Assembly: GCA_010093815.1 (NCBI GenBank) | Contig: ML996572.1 | Source: Pseudovirgaria hyperparasitica | Lineage: Eukaryota | Direction: 5' to 3' (one strand) | DNA length: 64,000 bases | Shown here: positions 1 through 13,746 of the stretch, piece by piece | How positions within the stretch are numbered: the stretch's first letter is position 1 | Layout of the letters: the number at the start of each line of letters is the position of its first letter | The notes under the pieces: model-generated | The model's database searches: none | Told to the model about the DNA's origin: nothing | What the model saw: only the letters and a program-made list of their open reading frames with translations | Made by a program: the position numbers and the translations under genes

Positions 1-26
1 TTAGTTATAGCAGTACGCATCATACC

Positions 27-1698
27 ATGGTCGACCAAAAGACCTGCCTCATCGTCATCGACGGTTGGGGCGTAGCATCCGAGACGTCTAGGAAGGATGG
101 CGATGCTATTCTTGCTGCAGACACTCCCGTCATGGACGACTTTGCTAAAGAAGACTCCAAGTCTGCGTCGGGATACACAGAGCTTGACGCGTCCTCCACC
201 GCCGTCGGACTTCCGAAAGGCCTCATGGGCAACAGTGAAGTCGGCCATCTAAACATTGGTGCTGGTCGCATCGTATGGCAAGATGTTGTCCGCATTGACC
301 AGACCATCGAGGATGGCAAATTGAATCAAAACAAGCAGATCCTGAACTCCTTCAACAGAGCCAAGGATGGAAATGGTCGCCTACATCTTTGTGGTCTGGT
401 GTCTGATGGTGGAGTGGTAAGCTGCACGCCATCTTTTAGACACGCCTATGGCTGACTCTTCTGTAGCACGCCAAATTGGACCACCTCGTCGCTCTCCTCA
501 AAGTTGCCAACGAGATTGGCGTTCCAAAAGTCTTCATCCACTTCTTCGGCGATGGCCGCGACACCGATCCCTACTCCGGGTTAGGACACATGAAGGATCT
601 AATCAAGCTTACCAAGGAGATAGGTACCGGAGAGATCGCGACAGTCGTTGGCCGTTACTACATCATGGATCGCGACCAGAGGTGGGATCGTGTAGAGATT
701 GGCATGAAGGGCCTGGTGACAGGAGAAGGAGAAGAGACCGATGACCCGGTCAAAACCATGCAAGAGCGATACGATAAGAAAGAGTCAGATGAGTTTATGA
801 AGCCCATCGTTGTTGGCGGAAAGGAGCGACGTATCCAGGATGACGACACCATCTTTTTCTTCAATTACCGATCCGATCGTGTCCGCGAAGTTACGCAACT
901 GCTTGGTGGCTTCGACCGTTCACCAAAGCCAGACTTCCCGTATCCCAAAAACACGCACCTGACCACAATGACCCGCTACAACACTGCATTCGAATTCCCT
1001 ATCGCGTTTCCTCCTCAGGTGATGGATAATGTCTTGGCTGAATGGCTAGCGAAGAAGGGCCTGAAACAGTGCCACATTGCTGAGACGGAGAAGTATGCTC
1101 ACGTCACATTCTTCTTCAACGGCGGTATCGAGAAGCAATTCGAAAACGAGGATCGAGAGTTGATTCCTTCGCCGAAAGTAGCAACTTATGATTTGCAGCC
1201 GACCATGAGTGCAATGGCAGTTGCAGAGAAACTAAGCGAGCGAATTTCCGATGGCAAGTATGACTTCCTGATGAACAACTTTGCGCCACCAGATATGGTT
1301 GGTCATACTGGTGTGTACGAAGCTGCCATAAAGGCCTGCACAGAGACCGATAAAGGTATCGGTCATGTCCTCGAGACGTGCAAGAAGGAGGGCTACGTTC
1401 TGTTTGTGACAGCTGATCATGGGTAAGTAATTCGATGAGAAGGCCTGAGATGGGCCATGCCAATCTGAATGCTAACCTGATGAATAGCAACGCCGAAGAG
1501 ATGCTCAACGAGGAGGGCAAACCCAAGACTTCTCACACGCTCAACAAGGTGCCCTTCGTGATGGCCAATGCGCCAGAAGGGTGGAGCCTTCAAAAGAAAG
1601 ACGGTGTTCTCGGCGATGTTGCGCCCACGATTCTAGATGCAATGGGAATCGAGAAGCCAGATGATATGGATGGTAAGAGTTTGCTCGTGAAGGCATGA
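27..1698 (+). CDS. gpmI: 2,3-bisphosphoglycerate-independent phosphoglycerate mutase (iPGM)
   Basis: Motifs IDGWG, GLMGNSEVGHLNIGAGR, FFNYRSDR, AETEKYAHVTFFFNGG, DMVGHTG, TADHGNAE. Exons 27-416, 467-1422, 1488-1698; GT-AG introns 417-466 and 1423-1487. Confidence 0.96.
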
Positions 1699-2461
1699 TT
1701 GAAGATGATGTGATTGTAGTTTTGGCATGGCGGAAGGTGTTGCGGGTATAGAAAGAGCTGCTGTGAGCTACGTTGGTGTAGAAAATCCCGTGTTGATGAT
1801 GATAGAAGCGGTTTGCTGTCGTGATAGACTCCCGAACTGAATATATACTCTGTTGAGTGTGATTCTTGGTGGAAATGCGTACGTGTATGTCTTTTGTTGG
1901 TGGCATAGGACAGGACCTGGAGTTATTAATGAGGGTGCTCATCCCCGCGCTAACCTTCCATTTCGAGCAGGGATCTTTGCAACACCAAAATCTGCCCCGC
2001 CAGATTGGCCCCGACAGCTGAAGGTGGAAATCATCGGCGGACCGCAGCGAGCTGCTTTTTTGTCGAAAACACCTGCTTCTCTTCCATATTAGCAGACCTT
2101 GGTTTAAGATACATTCTTTGCTGCTTCACCGGTCTTCTCGATAACAGCCTGTCCATATCTTGTATCCTTGCACATCATTTGTCCCGGCCGCATCCTTCGC
2201 TTTATCCAGCCTTGTCCTTGTCGCCTTGCGACTGTAATAGTGATAGCGGACTTTACAAATCAGCCTAGGCGTTCTGGTGTCTCGACATACAAGAACCTGG
2301 CGGACGGTATTCAGAATCTTTCCATACTATAGCTTTGCCTCGACGACTCGACTCGAAGACCCTTCGGTCTCCCCCTGAGACATCAGCAACTCTGTCGTCG
2401 TCGATACTGCTCCCAGACCAAATCCTTGGACAATTTCTCAGTCCACCGGCCCTCGAGAACA

Positions 2462-3933
2462 ATGGCAGATACAGCACCCGCCAATGCGCAAGTGCCGCAA
2501 CAACAGGCAGCTCAGATCCAGCCATGTAAATACAAGACTGGGAAGACGTTAGGTGCGGGCAGCTATTCAGTTGTCAAGGAATGCGTACACATCGATACGG
2601 GCAGATACTACGCTGCGAAGGTCATCAATAAACGGCTTATGGCGGGAAGAGAGCATATGGTGAGCACCGGTTGCCCCAGCACATAGAACAGCGTATAGCT
2701 GTGGTCTGAGGGGGAACAGCTTCATAAGATTCTCACAGAGAACGTCTCCATGCGGGATGGAACGTCCTGTCACCAGCAGTAGCGTGACCTAGGGATATAG
2801 CTGATAACATGACTGACATGATGCTCTGTCAGGTTCGAAACGAAATTGCAGTATTGAAGAAAGTCTCCATGGGTCACAGGAATATCCTGACCCTGGTAGA
2901 CTATTTCGAGACCATGAATAACCGTGAGACCACCATACCACGCCATTGTATGTTCGCTTACGTTCTCTCCAGTGTATCTCGTCACCGATCTTGCCCTTGG
3001 AGGAGAACTCTTCGACCGTATCTGCCGAAAAGGAAGCTATTACGAGACCGACGCCGCAGACCTCGTCCGGGCAACCCTTTCCGCCGTCGCATATCTCCAC
3101 GACCACGGTATCGTACATCGCGATCTAAAACCGGAGAACCTCCTCTTCCGCACCCCAGAAGACAATGCAGACCTTCTGATCGCCGACTTCGGCCTCTCGC
3201 GCATCATGGACGAGGAGCAGTTCCACGTTCTCACAACTACCTGCGGCACTCCAGGCTACATGGCCCCTGAAATCTTCAAGAAGACCGGGCACGGCAAGCC
3301 AGTGTAAGCCCCAACTTCCCTCTCTCCTCTTCCCCCCTTTTTTTCCACCATCAAGATTCTAACCCTAGTAACAACAGCGATATCTGGGCCATCGGCGTCA
3401 TAACCTACTTTCTCCTCTGCGGCTACACGCCTTTCGACCGCGACTCCAACCTCGAAGAAATGCAAGCCATCCTCGTCGCAGACTACTCCTTCACCCCACT
3501 CGAATACTGGCGCGGCGTCTCAAACTCGGCCCGCGAATTCATAAAGCGCTGTCTCACCATCATCCCCTCGGAGCGCATGACCTCCCACGAGGCCCTCTCC
3601 CACCCCTGGATCGCCGACACCCCCGTCAAGGAAGGCGAGGACTTGCTCCCGACGGTCAAGAAGAACTTTAATGCGCGCCGCACGCTGCATGCTGCAATCG
3701 ATACCATTCGTGCCATCAACCAGTTGCGAGCGGGTGGGGGCGCAGCGATGATTCATGATGGCGCGAGTGCGCGCGATCCGGCAAAGATTGTGGAGAACTC
3801 GAGACCTGTGGATGAGGATGTTATGGAGCTTGATAGCAGGGGCAATGGGCGGGGCCAGACTGAGGAGATGATTCGCGAGCAGGAGAGGCGGATTAGGGAG
3901 ACACAGGCGGGTCTGTGGGGGCAGCGGAGGTGA
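2462..3933 (+). CDS. cmkB: Ca2+/calmodulin-dependent protein kinase (CmkB-like)
   Basis: Kinase motifs LGAGSYSVV, AAK, GGELFDRI, HRDLKPEN, ADFGLS, CGTPGYMAPE, DIWAIG; C-terminal FNARRTLHAAIDT. Introns 2660-2832, 2924-2972, 3304-3377. Confidence 0.92.
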
Positions 3934-4183
3934 GCTACAATGTACCAGGATGAGGCATTGTTTGCGATAGACGTGGGAAATGACGGCGCTTATGATGAAT
4001 GAGCACATGAGTGAGCGATTCGGGGTCATTGCGGGCGGGCCAAGATTATTGCCACCAGATAAAGCCATTTCAGGATCCAGGCAGGGTGCGGGACGGCGGG
4101 CACGTAGACAGTCCGGTCATGTACCTTGACACAATGCACTATCATTTCGAAATCGCATTTGCCTAGGCATGTGTACATGTCAT

Positions 4184-5804
4184 CTATAATCCCGTGCCAA
4201 AACTCCTCACCCGACTCCAGTAGTATGGCTTGTCATGCTTCAGCCCAAACTCCCCCCAGTCATCCGTCGTCTTGTTATAACTCCAATACCCCTGCCAATT
4301 CAATTTATTATTGCGCGCTCCCCGCCCGGCCGAGCCCAGCGAAAAGGCCATGCGGAACATGTACTTCGGCACGGATCCATCAGTCTCAATATGCAGCGTG
4401 CCCTCGGCCTCGCGCTCCTCTGCATGCTCAGCCTTCGCAAGCGCATCATCCGGCCCCGAAAGTCTCCACCGTCCAGCGAGCGCCTCCTTCATGACCGACT
4501 GGGGAAGATTGCCCTGGTGCTTTTGTTTCATGTTCTCTGGGATGAGATGGTGCACGACATCGGACGGTTCGGCGAGGGTGAGGAGACTGATGCAGGTGCC
4601 GTCGCGGAAGAAGCGGAGGTAGCGGAAGTAGGTCACGATGAGGACGGGGGTGTTCCAGGTTACTTGGCTGGGCGAGCTTGCGCCGGGGCGGGTGTAGTTT
4701 ACGGTGCTGATGTAGACGCCGTTGAAGCGGATGCGTGGGCGCAGGCGGAACATGGCGCGGTAGGTTGGGTAAGTTGCTGGGACGAGGGTGAGTGGTGGGG
4801 CAGGGGATGGTTCTTCGGGTTTGTACAGCTCCTCATCTGCCTCCTGATCATCGTCGGACAATCCTAGGAGACGGTCCTCGTCGGCTAGTAGGGGCTCACC
4901 GTTGATGCGACAGGCCCAGGAATAGTGCATAGCCGCCATGCCGAACTCGTGGCCCAGTGCGACGCGTTTCCAGATGCGCTCTTCGGTGAGGACAAGATAA
5001 GCTAGTCTCTTGCAGACCTGTGCTGTGCGGACGAAGGATGCGACGTCGCGTACTGCTACATAGAGCAGGATTTCTGTGAGGAGTTCTTCGGGTAGATCTG
5101 CAATTGGGCATGGAGGAGCTGGAGATAGTTCTGTCGGCGGGACTTCGCCTTCAATCTTGAGGCTGGAGAAGTCGGAGAGAAGGTCGACAAGAGAGGAGGA
5201 CAAGCCGGTCAAGTTGTCTGGTTTCACTGCAGAAGCTTTTTTGCTTGTAGTCTGTGACTGAGAGGCTGTCTGGGGAGCTGGTTTCGGCTTTGGGGGGAAT
5301 GAGGAGACCGGGAAATGCTTCTGCTTGTATGATTCGTGGACGCGATCATCGAGCTATACGTATTAGCTTAAGTGTCTCTGGAGTATCTGAAGGCATGCGG
5401 TGTACCTTGAACGCTTTCCTGTATAGTGATACGCTGTCTCCCAATTTACCAATGGACTCTTTAGCTACAGCCTCCTCGTAGTGCTCTAGGGCCGAGCTTG
5501 GCTCTGTACTACGCGCTGCTGCTGCTGAACTGCTCTCCGACAACCGCAGACCAGTCTCACGCGGCTTGATATCATGAAAGCTGGATGGTTGGTATTTATC
5601 ATCATCAGCCTCATGCTCTTGCCGCTGCTTGCCCGCATCTCTTGTCCGTGGCAGAGGTGCCTTCGCTGATCCCTCATACTGCGGTTTATAGGAGCCCGTA
5701 GAGGCCGTAGAGGCTTCTGCCTTGGGAGTTTTGCGAGCTTTCACTTCTTCGCGCCAGCGCTGGCGGAACGATTCGAGTTCGGCTTCAGTTTGATTTTGGT
5801 CCAT
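4184..5804 (-). CDS. F-box protein (Hrt3/Pof7/FBXO9-like)
   Basis: F-box IADLPEELLTEIL; RPRIRFNGVYIS and VTYFRYLRFFRDG motifs; N-terminal ELESFRQRWREEV. Intron 5354-5405 joins AFK|LDDRV. Confidence 0.88.
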
Positions 5805-6409
5805 TGCGTGAGGGGTGTGACGTCACGGTAGACGACTTGTCGGTACTCTACTATTCTTGAGATGATATCTTGAAGAACAGGAACTCCATAACGACAGGCG
5901 CAGGGGTTTGCGAATCGGAGGTCTAGGTTAATAAATAAGAAGGGAATGCTGCGAAGAGCGGTGCGATGTACCGATTCCTGCGCGATGGCGGTATCCTAAT
6001 TCGGCCGCGTCGCTCGGCCTTAAGCTCGAAAGGCCGGCGCGCGACTCCCTCTTGCACATCAAAATAGCTTTAGCCATCTACATATATCCATGATATTTAT
6101 GCGAAAACAGGCCAGCCTGTAGGTCTCTTTGTACTGTATGATGTAGATTACCAGAATCTTCCCCCCAATTAGAAGGTCGCAGATTTATGTAGCCAGCAGT
6201 GTACTTCGATGCTTGACAGAGAGCAGGGAAACTGACCAATCAGCGGGCAGTCTGGCGCTAAAAAGAACGCCGAACGGAGCGGTCCCATTTTTTGACACGC
6301 GCATCATACATTCCTCAGCGCATCGTCAGTCAATTCGCATCCCATACACCAGCTAAGACATCTGTAGTACTCGTCCATATACGTCGACGAGCTGCATTAT
6401 GCCAGCTTC

Positions 6410-7880
6410 ATGGCTCCTAATTCAATGCGACGCTCTGAGAAGATGACATCATCTCCTCCACACGAGAGCGATGCAATGACTGAAGGGACAGGCAAAGTGG
6501 CGCCCTCACCACCTATCGAAGATGTCTCGGTCACTCAGAAGATGTTATCAGCGACTGCTGGGAGTCTCTTGACTTCACTACTGGGTATGTTACATTTCCA
6601 CCAGTTACGGCATCATCCTGCATCCCACCGCACCAACTTCTTGCCACTGCTATAGCTGTCTGAGCATCAGCATGCTCGTGGACTCGTTCATACACATTAA
6701 ATGCTAACAAGCACTACTAGTAACCCCTCTTGATGTTGTTCGTGTCCGTCTACAATCGCAAACACACTCTCCCAGAATGACTGCGGTGCAAGGTCTGCCT
6801 ACGCCTTCAGCAGTGCAATTCAATAATCTACCCTCAAACATAGGAATCTCGACCTGCTGTCGAGAAGTATTCTGGATGGGAAACAACGCTGAGTTCTGCG
6901 TAGCTGGACCGACAGTGGCCCCGAATACTCCTGGCGTCGCATGTGCCGCTGAGGAGGTGCGGTCGAAACACTTTACGAGCACCTTTGAGGGCTTGACGAA
7001 GATTGCTAGGAATGAGGGACCGACCACATTATGGCGCGGATTGTCACCAACTCTCGCAATGGCCATTCCTGCAAACGTTATATATTTTGCTGGATATGAC
7101 TGGTTGCGAACATCACCACAGTCACCCATCAATCATCGTATACCGGACATGTACGCGCCTCTGGTTGCAGGGTCTACTGCTCGTATACTGGCAGCGATCG
7201 TGGTGAATCCTATCGAGATGTTCAGGACTCGGATGCAAGCTGCAACGCACGTCAAGACATCTGCTGGATACTTTCGCGAAACGATGCATAATATGAGGAG
7301 CATGGTCGCAAAAGAAGGCCCAACGAGTTTATGGAGAGGCCTTACTTTAACCCTATGGCGAGATGTGCCCTTCTCTGCATTCTATTGGTGGGGCTATGAA
7401 ACTGGACGAAACGCTCTAACCGACATACGAGGGCGCGCTCAAGCAAAAGCCGACGGACGTGACTTTATCAGAGGCTCTGGCGACGCTAGAGTACGGCGGA
7501 GGAGCGAGTCCAGAGGGCACCAGAATCACAGCACCACACTTGTAGACAGTTTTATCGCTGGTGGCACTTCTGGTGCGATTGCTGCTTTCGTAACAACCCC
7601 TTTCGATGTCGGCAAGACACGTCAACAGGTTTACAAGCATTCAACTGAAGACGCATCAGCTGCGGCAAGTTCATCGGCATCGAAGTTTGTCCGACCCGAG
7701 GAGCGATCTATGCCACGATTTCTGCTGCACATATTCCAGGAACAGGGCCTCTCGGGCTTGTTCAGGGGCTGGGCGGCGAGATGTCTCAAGGTTGCGCCTG
7801 CGTGTGCGATCATGATAAGTAGCTACGAGGTTGGCAAGAAAATGGCCAACAAGGTCAACGAGCGTCGACACGACGACTGA
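6410..7880 (+). CDS. Mitochondrial carrier protein (Mtm1/SLC25A39-40-like)
   Basis: Three carrier signatures: PLDVVRVRLQ, PIEMFRTRMQ, PFDVGKTRQQ; ends with PACAIMISSYE. Intron 6585-6720. Confidence 0.9.
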
Positions 7881-8162
7881 GAGAGGGTCGTGGTGCGAAA
7901 GTCAGTACGATGGGCGAGTTTTGTCGTCGCTGAAAGATTTTTGACTGTGCGAAGCATAGGATACCCAGGTGTTTGGATAGTCTCCTCACTCAACCGCATG
8001 ATGGTCGGCGTTGGATATTGTTCTCCCAGGTTCTTGCATTATAGAGAAAAGCCTGTCCTCGCGGCGTTGGAGTACATGATAATGTTGTGAAGATGTGAGA
8101 TGACGTTCGTGTATATAAATTGCAGCAATGCTACTCCTTTTGGATCGGAACTTTCTCTAAGC

Positions 8163-8901
8163 CTAAGCCTTACCAAACCTCCTCAATGTAATATGATGCA
8201 TCTCAGCCCCAACCACCAGTTCCGCGAACAAATCCGCATGCCTCGAGAACGCCGGATGTTTCTTGAATGCCTCATGCGCAGCAATGCCCGTCCATCCAAT
8301 CAAGCTCACAAACCGTGCTCCTTTCCCGTCTGCTCCGAAACTCTCGTGCTCTGCCTCTTCGACCGCATGCCCACTGATCGACCCATAGTTTCCTTCGGCC
8401 TCGGCGAGCACGCTCAGCATTACGGCGAGGTTAGACTCGTAGAAGGGTGCTTGAGCGTGAGTGACATACATGCTGACGACCTCGACGACTGGTTTCGAGC
8501 AGAGGTCGTCGATAGAGAGGGGAAAGTGAACGTGGAACATGTAGACAGGGACGTCTTTCAGGTATGGACGTATAGTGTCTATAAGTGCTGGATAGTCAGA
8601 TGTTTGCATGTATGTGTGGTGGTCCTCGATGGTTCTCCATTCTGGTGAGTGGAAGGGTCAGTGTATGTATGTATCATGTATGGCAGGAGCAAGGCTATTA
8701 TGGTCCAAGATATATAGACGTACGGACTAGTAGTTGGAGGATGTCTGGGTGCTGGATTGTGTGGCCATAGTATAATGACTGGAGACCGGGTTGGGAGGAG
8801 ATGGTCTTGAGGAATGTAGTGAAGACTGGTTCTGCTTCGCCTTCGTTTACGTTTGTTCTTGATTTGAGGGTGAAGTAGGCGATTTGGGTAGCTGGGGACA
8901 T
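8163..8901 (-). CDS. Hypothetical protein, probable dimeric alpha/beta-barrel (ABM/EthD-like, two repeats)
   Basis: Exon 1 MSPATQIAYFTLK...QPGLQSLYYG...; intron 8642-8723; second exon QWRTIEDHH...LIGWTGIAAHEAF. The W-x(4-5)-H motif appears twice. Confidence 0.7.
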
Positions 8902-9921
8902 ATTGTGGTTTGGGATGCAAACGATATGAGATTGTGCACGTTTAAAGTCTATATACAGCTGATGTTGAGTGAAGTTCGAGAACACTTGGTGATAGACTTA
9001 TGGAAGTCCTTGTCACGTAGGAGCCGAGCATGGTAATGCTTGAGGTGAGATATTGGACTGGCTGAAGCATGCCTGCAGAGAATGCCACACATTACTGATG
9101 AAGTTGCTGCATAGCTACATGATAGCAGCCTAGAGCAGCTTTGTAGTATTTTGATCTAGACGGATCATAGACGACAGACTTCGAATGAATGCTATGTTTG
9201 TGGCTATAATAGCCCCTCGATCCTCTGATCTGTCAAGATGGCGCTAGAGAGGATCTAGGCAATCTGATTGGATGTAGACACTATTAGTCAGCGTTAGATT
9301 CCAGGTCATCCATCGCCCAACTCCGTTTGCGTTGTGTTGGCCCCCAATTCATCCGACGGAACAAGTCGTGCGTGTGCGCGACTAATAATAAATTTTTGTT
9401 GTTATTATCTTCTACTTCTGCTATTACAGTATTGAACTAGACAGCCCCTACTCCCTCCCTCGTGGCCATGACATTCCGTGGATATTGTTAATCGATTATT
9501 CACCAACCCCCTCCCTCCACTACTTTCATACTACGCTCAGTACAGCCTACACCGACGGTAGGGCTCTCGCATACATGGATGGCCTGGCCGTGCGTCAGCA
9601 AAGCAAGTCTCCATCCTCTCATATCCATCTCGACGTTGTGGACCCCCGACTGTCGGGATACGTGAGACAGAACACCACCGAACCGCTCTCCCCGTGTACT
9701 GGTCCTGGTCCCACTCCATTTCACTATTGCTGTCATTGACCAGACGTGTGCCGCAGACGCGCATAGTTCTGTCTCTGTCCATCTGCCTATTTGCCTATCT
9801 GCCTATCTGCCTAGTCACCTACCGGCGGCCTACGCACGTAAGGCGAAGCGCTGCCTACCCCGGACGTGCGTGCATCGGAGTTTAGGTTGCACGCATCTGC
9901 AACTGGCAGATCATTGGTGCC

Positions 9922-12691
9922 ATGTTCGCAAACACAACAAATCATTCTTCGGGTGATGGAGATGGCCTTGCTGGACCGTCCGATCAACACTCTCCACCAT
10001 TGTCGGCCGGCCAAACCGCTCACCAGCAGCGCATCCGCCGAAGAAACAGATTGATCACTTCCTGTCTTGAGTGCCGTCGACGGAAATTGAAATGCGACAA
10101 GACCAGCCCTTGCGCAAACTGTGTGAAATTCAACCGCGATTGTTTGTTCCTTGCTCCCGCACTCGATCATGCCTCACAAGCAAAGATTGCGGAGATCAAG
10201 GAGAAGATGGGAACGCTGGAGAGGACCTTGGAAGAGGACGTCGCCCGGAAACGAGCAATCAAGCGTGAGATGTCAACGGGCGACCATATTCCCGGCCAGG
10301 ACCAAAGCAGTGATGAAGAGGGAACACCTCCCGAGGACGAGAAGGACCTTGAAATTAATACGCTCGCTCTCGATAATGTCGTCTACGGTGGTGAGCCAGA
10401 CGATGACGTCCAGGATCTTGGCATCCTCATTGGCAAAATGAGAATCACTGACAGGGTTGGTGGTTATTTCAGACCAAAGATGTATGAAGAGGTGCGTGCT
10501 CAGGCTTCTCTTCGAATCATTGCTGTACATGCACTTACGCGCGTATAGATGGCTGACACCTTGAGACGCCTCACTGGAATCGATACCGAGGAAGTGCCAC
10601 CAGCAATGCGTGATACCTCTGGCAGTCTGGTCGCCAGTGAATATGTCCCTCCAAACTCTAGCTTCTTTTTCGCACCGCCTATTCCTAGACAGCAGCCTCT
10701 ATCAGGCCAAAGGTCTACGGGCGCTTTTGGTTCGATCCCTATCATGCAGTATCTACCGCAGAGGGCTATGGCAGACAAGTTAATGTACCAGTATTGGCTC
10801 GCTGTGCATCCGCTGTGCCGAATTGTCCACAGGCCCTCCTTCGAGAGACAGTACGACATGTTTTGGCGGAACATGCACATTGGAATAGCGTCAAGGAATT
10901 CTTTCATGGCTCTACTATTTTCTCTACTCTTCTCTGCTGTAGTCAGCATGCCTGAGGATTCTGTCTACGAGACCTACACGGTAGAGAAGCAGCAACTTGT
11001 GGAGAACTTTAGAGAAGGAACTGAACTCGCGCTGTCTCAGGCAAATTTCTTAAGGAGTACACAGTTGGAAACTCTTCAAGCCTTCACTGCCTATATGGTA
11101 GGTTCATATCACTACCTAGTGTACCAACACTAACGCAAATTGTAGATCCCCCTGTGCAGAAGTGCAATCTCACGTGGTCATGCTGCGTTGACAGGGACTG
11201 CCATTCGTCTCGCCGAATGTATGGGTCTTCATCGTGACGGCTCAAATTTTGGAATTTCCCCAGTCGAGACGCATGTCCGGAGACTCGTGTGGTTTCAACT
11301 GTGCGCCTTGGACCTTCGAACGTGCGAGGCTTGCGGGCCCCGACCACAGATCCGCATGGACGACTACGATACGAAGTTCCCCCTGAACGTAGACGATGCG
11401 GATCTGGAATCTGCCACACCACCAGTAAAGGATTCTAACATGTTCACGGACGTTACATTGTCCCGCATTCGATTCGAATGCAACGAGATCCATCGTATGT
11501 TGTGGTTTGAACGGCCGAAAATAGGCAAAGGAAAAGTAACAATTACTTCTCTATTGGGTAAGTGTGAGAGGTTCAAACAGGCTATGGAGAAGAAGTACTA
11601 TTCCATGCTGAACCTCCATCTTCCCTTGCATTTCATGACACTGCAAGTCTACAAAATTCTGTCATTACGCCTACATGCTATGCTACTACATCGGTACGCA
11701 AGTAATGCCCAACGCGTAATGCCTGATAGATTGCGGAATATCATGATGAGCTCTGTCACACTGCTGATGGAACATGCAATTACCATTGAGACAAATCCTG
11801 CTCTCACCCCTTGGTCATGGTTGAGTGGTTAGTATATGTTCTCTACGAAGGACTTCACAGGCTAATCAAAGTAACAGGCGCTATGCAGCAGTGGCACGTT
11901 GCTCTACTTATGATGGGCGAGCTGTACGCGAAGCCTCCACCAAAAGCAGAAGAGGAACGTATCTGGAAGTCACTAGACTATGCTTTCGAGTTGCCACCCC
12001 ATCTAACGCCAATCGACAAGGTCAAGGTGGTACTAGGCGATCTTCGTGGGAAGAGTGAGGTGTATCAGCGCTTGCACCGGATACATATGCCGAAAATCCG
12101 TACTGAGCGGGAGTCTGAATACGTCAAGAAGATGGGCGAGAATGATCCGATTCGGCCATCAGTATCCCCGCCACCTGCCATAGTAGGCATGGCGACACCG
12201 ACCTTGAATCGACCGGCCAGTGCGGGATATCATAATCAAATACCTACGACAAGTGCAGGGATGAGCCTTGGAAATGCGACAGGAGCAATTGCCCCTACGG
12301 ACTTTCAATCTAATAATATGCATGGCTTTGGCGAGTCTTTTTATGCCCCACACACAGCACTGTCTCAACAGCCACACCTAGCAGGTATCATGAATTCCCC
12401 TCCAGGCTCAGATGGTAGCGCAAATCTTCCTGGACAAGTTATCAGTGGAGGCAGTCCTGGTGGTGAGGTGGTGATTGATATTGATTGGGTGAGTTACAAC
12501 CATGGATAGACCCTCAACACGGCCCAATGCTAACGCGAACTTAGAATGAATGGGATAAATTATTCCCGCAAGCACAAAATGCTGATCCAAACAATATTAA
12601 CATTCCGCCTTTCTCTTTTCCCGAGTCCATGGGTGGCAACCTGAGCTGGCAATACCCACCAGGACAATATCCACCACAACAAGGATTCTGA
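9922..12691 (+). CDS. Zn(II)2Cys6 transcription factor with fungal-specific TF domain
   Basis: CLECRRRKLKCDKTSPCANCVKFNRDC; AIRLAECMGLHRDG...RRLVWFQL. Introns 10492-10548, 11098-11145, 11828-11877, 12489-12544; last exon NEWDKLFP...GF*. Confidence 0.92.
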
Positions 12692-12775
12692 GCTCAAGGC
12701 ATGAATGGTCGCCAGTATTATGATGTGATATATGATAAAGTTCTAAGCACCTTCCTCGAAAAGGCAGGTTCCGGT

Positions 12776-13578
12776 TTACTCTAACGGTGGTACTACCTTC
12801 TCCAGCCATGTGCAAAGATCTCTCAGCTCCCGTGCGTTCGCAGTATGAGCCAGATCCTCATATTCATGCACCTCTACTGCGTCGTCTTTGAAGCCAAATT
12901 CCTTAAATTTGTCGATACATAGGGTCAGAAACCTCCTCGGCACAGCAAAGTCCTTCTGTCCGCGAACCAGAAACACCGGCACATGGCCGACCTCAGACGG
13001 CAGATCATTTTCGCTCCGGAGCGCCTGCATGCGATTGATCAAGGGAAAATAGCCGCTAAGACACACGAGGCCAGCGAGTTTGTCGGCATATTTGCGCGAC
13101 GTGAGGCCTGTCAGCAGCGCCATTGCACATCCCTGGCTGAAGCCGGCCAACACAATGCGGTTAGGTGGAACACCTCTCGAGGTGAGGCCGTCGATTAAGC
13201 TTTCGATGTACTTCATGGACAGAAGCATGCCGTCTTCGTCCTCGTCTTCCTCGAGTTCAGGGCGGGAAGGTGCGGTCGCAAGCAGGCGGACTTGCCGATA
13301 CCAGGCCTTTTGCATGGCGTCACGGTTCTCTGTCGCCTCTGGGAATATCCATTGCATATACGGGAGTTTGTTGCCTCCCTGGAATTGGTCGGCTATATCT
13401 GAATTCTGTTAGTACGAAAGGCCCTGATGCTCTCCTCTTGTCAGCACAGGTACATACTTTCCCACCCAGCAGCATCATCACCCAGACCATGCATGAATAT
13501 GATGGCTGCGCCATGAGAAGGGTTCTGGGGTGGTGAGACGGCAGGCTTGATGATTGGGGGCTCGCGCTCAGAGGTCAT
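12776..13578 (-). CDS. Acyl-protein thioesterase / phospholipase-carboxylesterase family hydrolase
   Basis: IFMHGLGD, nucleophile GFSQG, Asp (QKDFAV), His (LAHT). Intron 13399-13457. Confidence 0.9.
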
Positions 13579-13746
13579 GTTGGTATTTAGGGGCTATCTA
13601 TGAGGTTGGGTACGATTTATGTAGATACGACTGAAGATAAGCACAGAAAATCCAAATTCATATATTCAAGTCTGGAATGATATAGAGCATCTTCACCTAC
13701 TTTAGGTTACCTAAGTACTATGACGTTGTGGTTCTATTACCGCGGA

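Noticed and set aside
1696..1713. Cryptic peroxisomal isoform of iPGM by stop readthrough
   Set aside because: Context is TGA-TTG and the extension LKMM* is not a PTS1.
8163..13578. Secondary-metabolite cluster around the Zn2Cys6 TF, ABM-like gene and hydrolase
   Set aside because: No backbone enzyme (PKS/NRPS/terpene synthase) or cluster transporter; neighbours are housekeeping genes.
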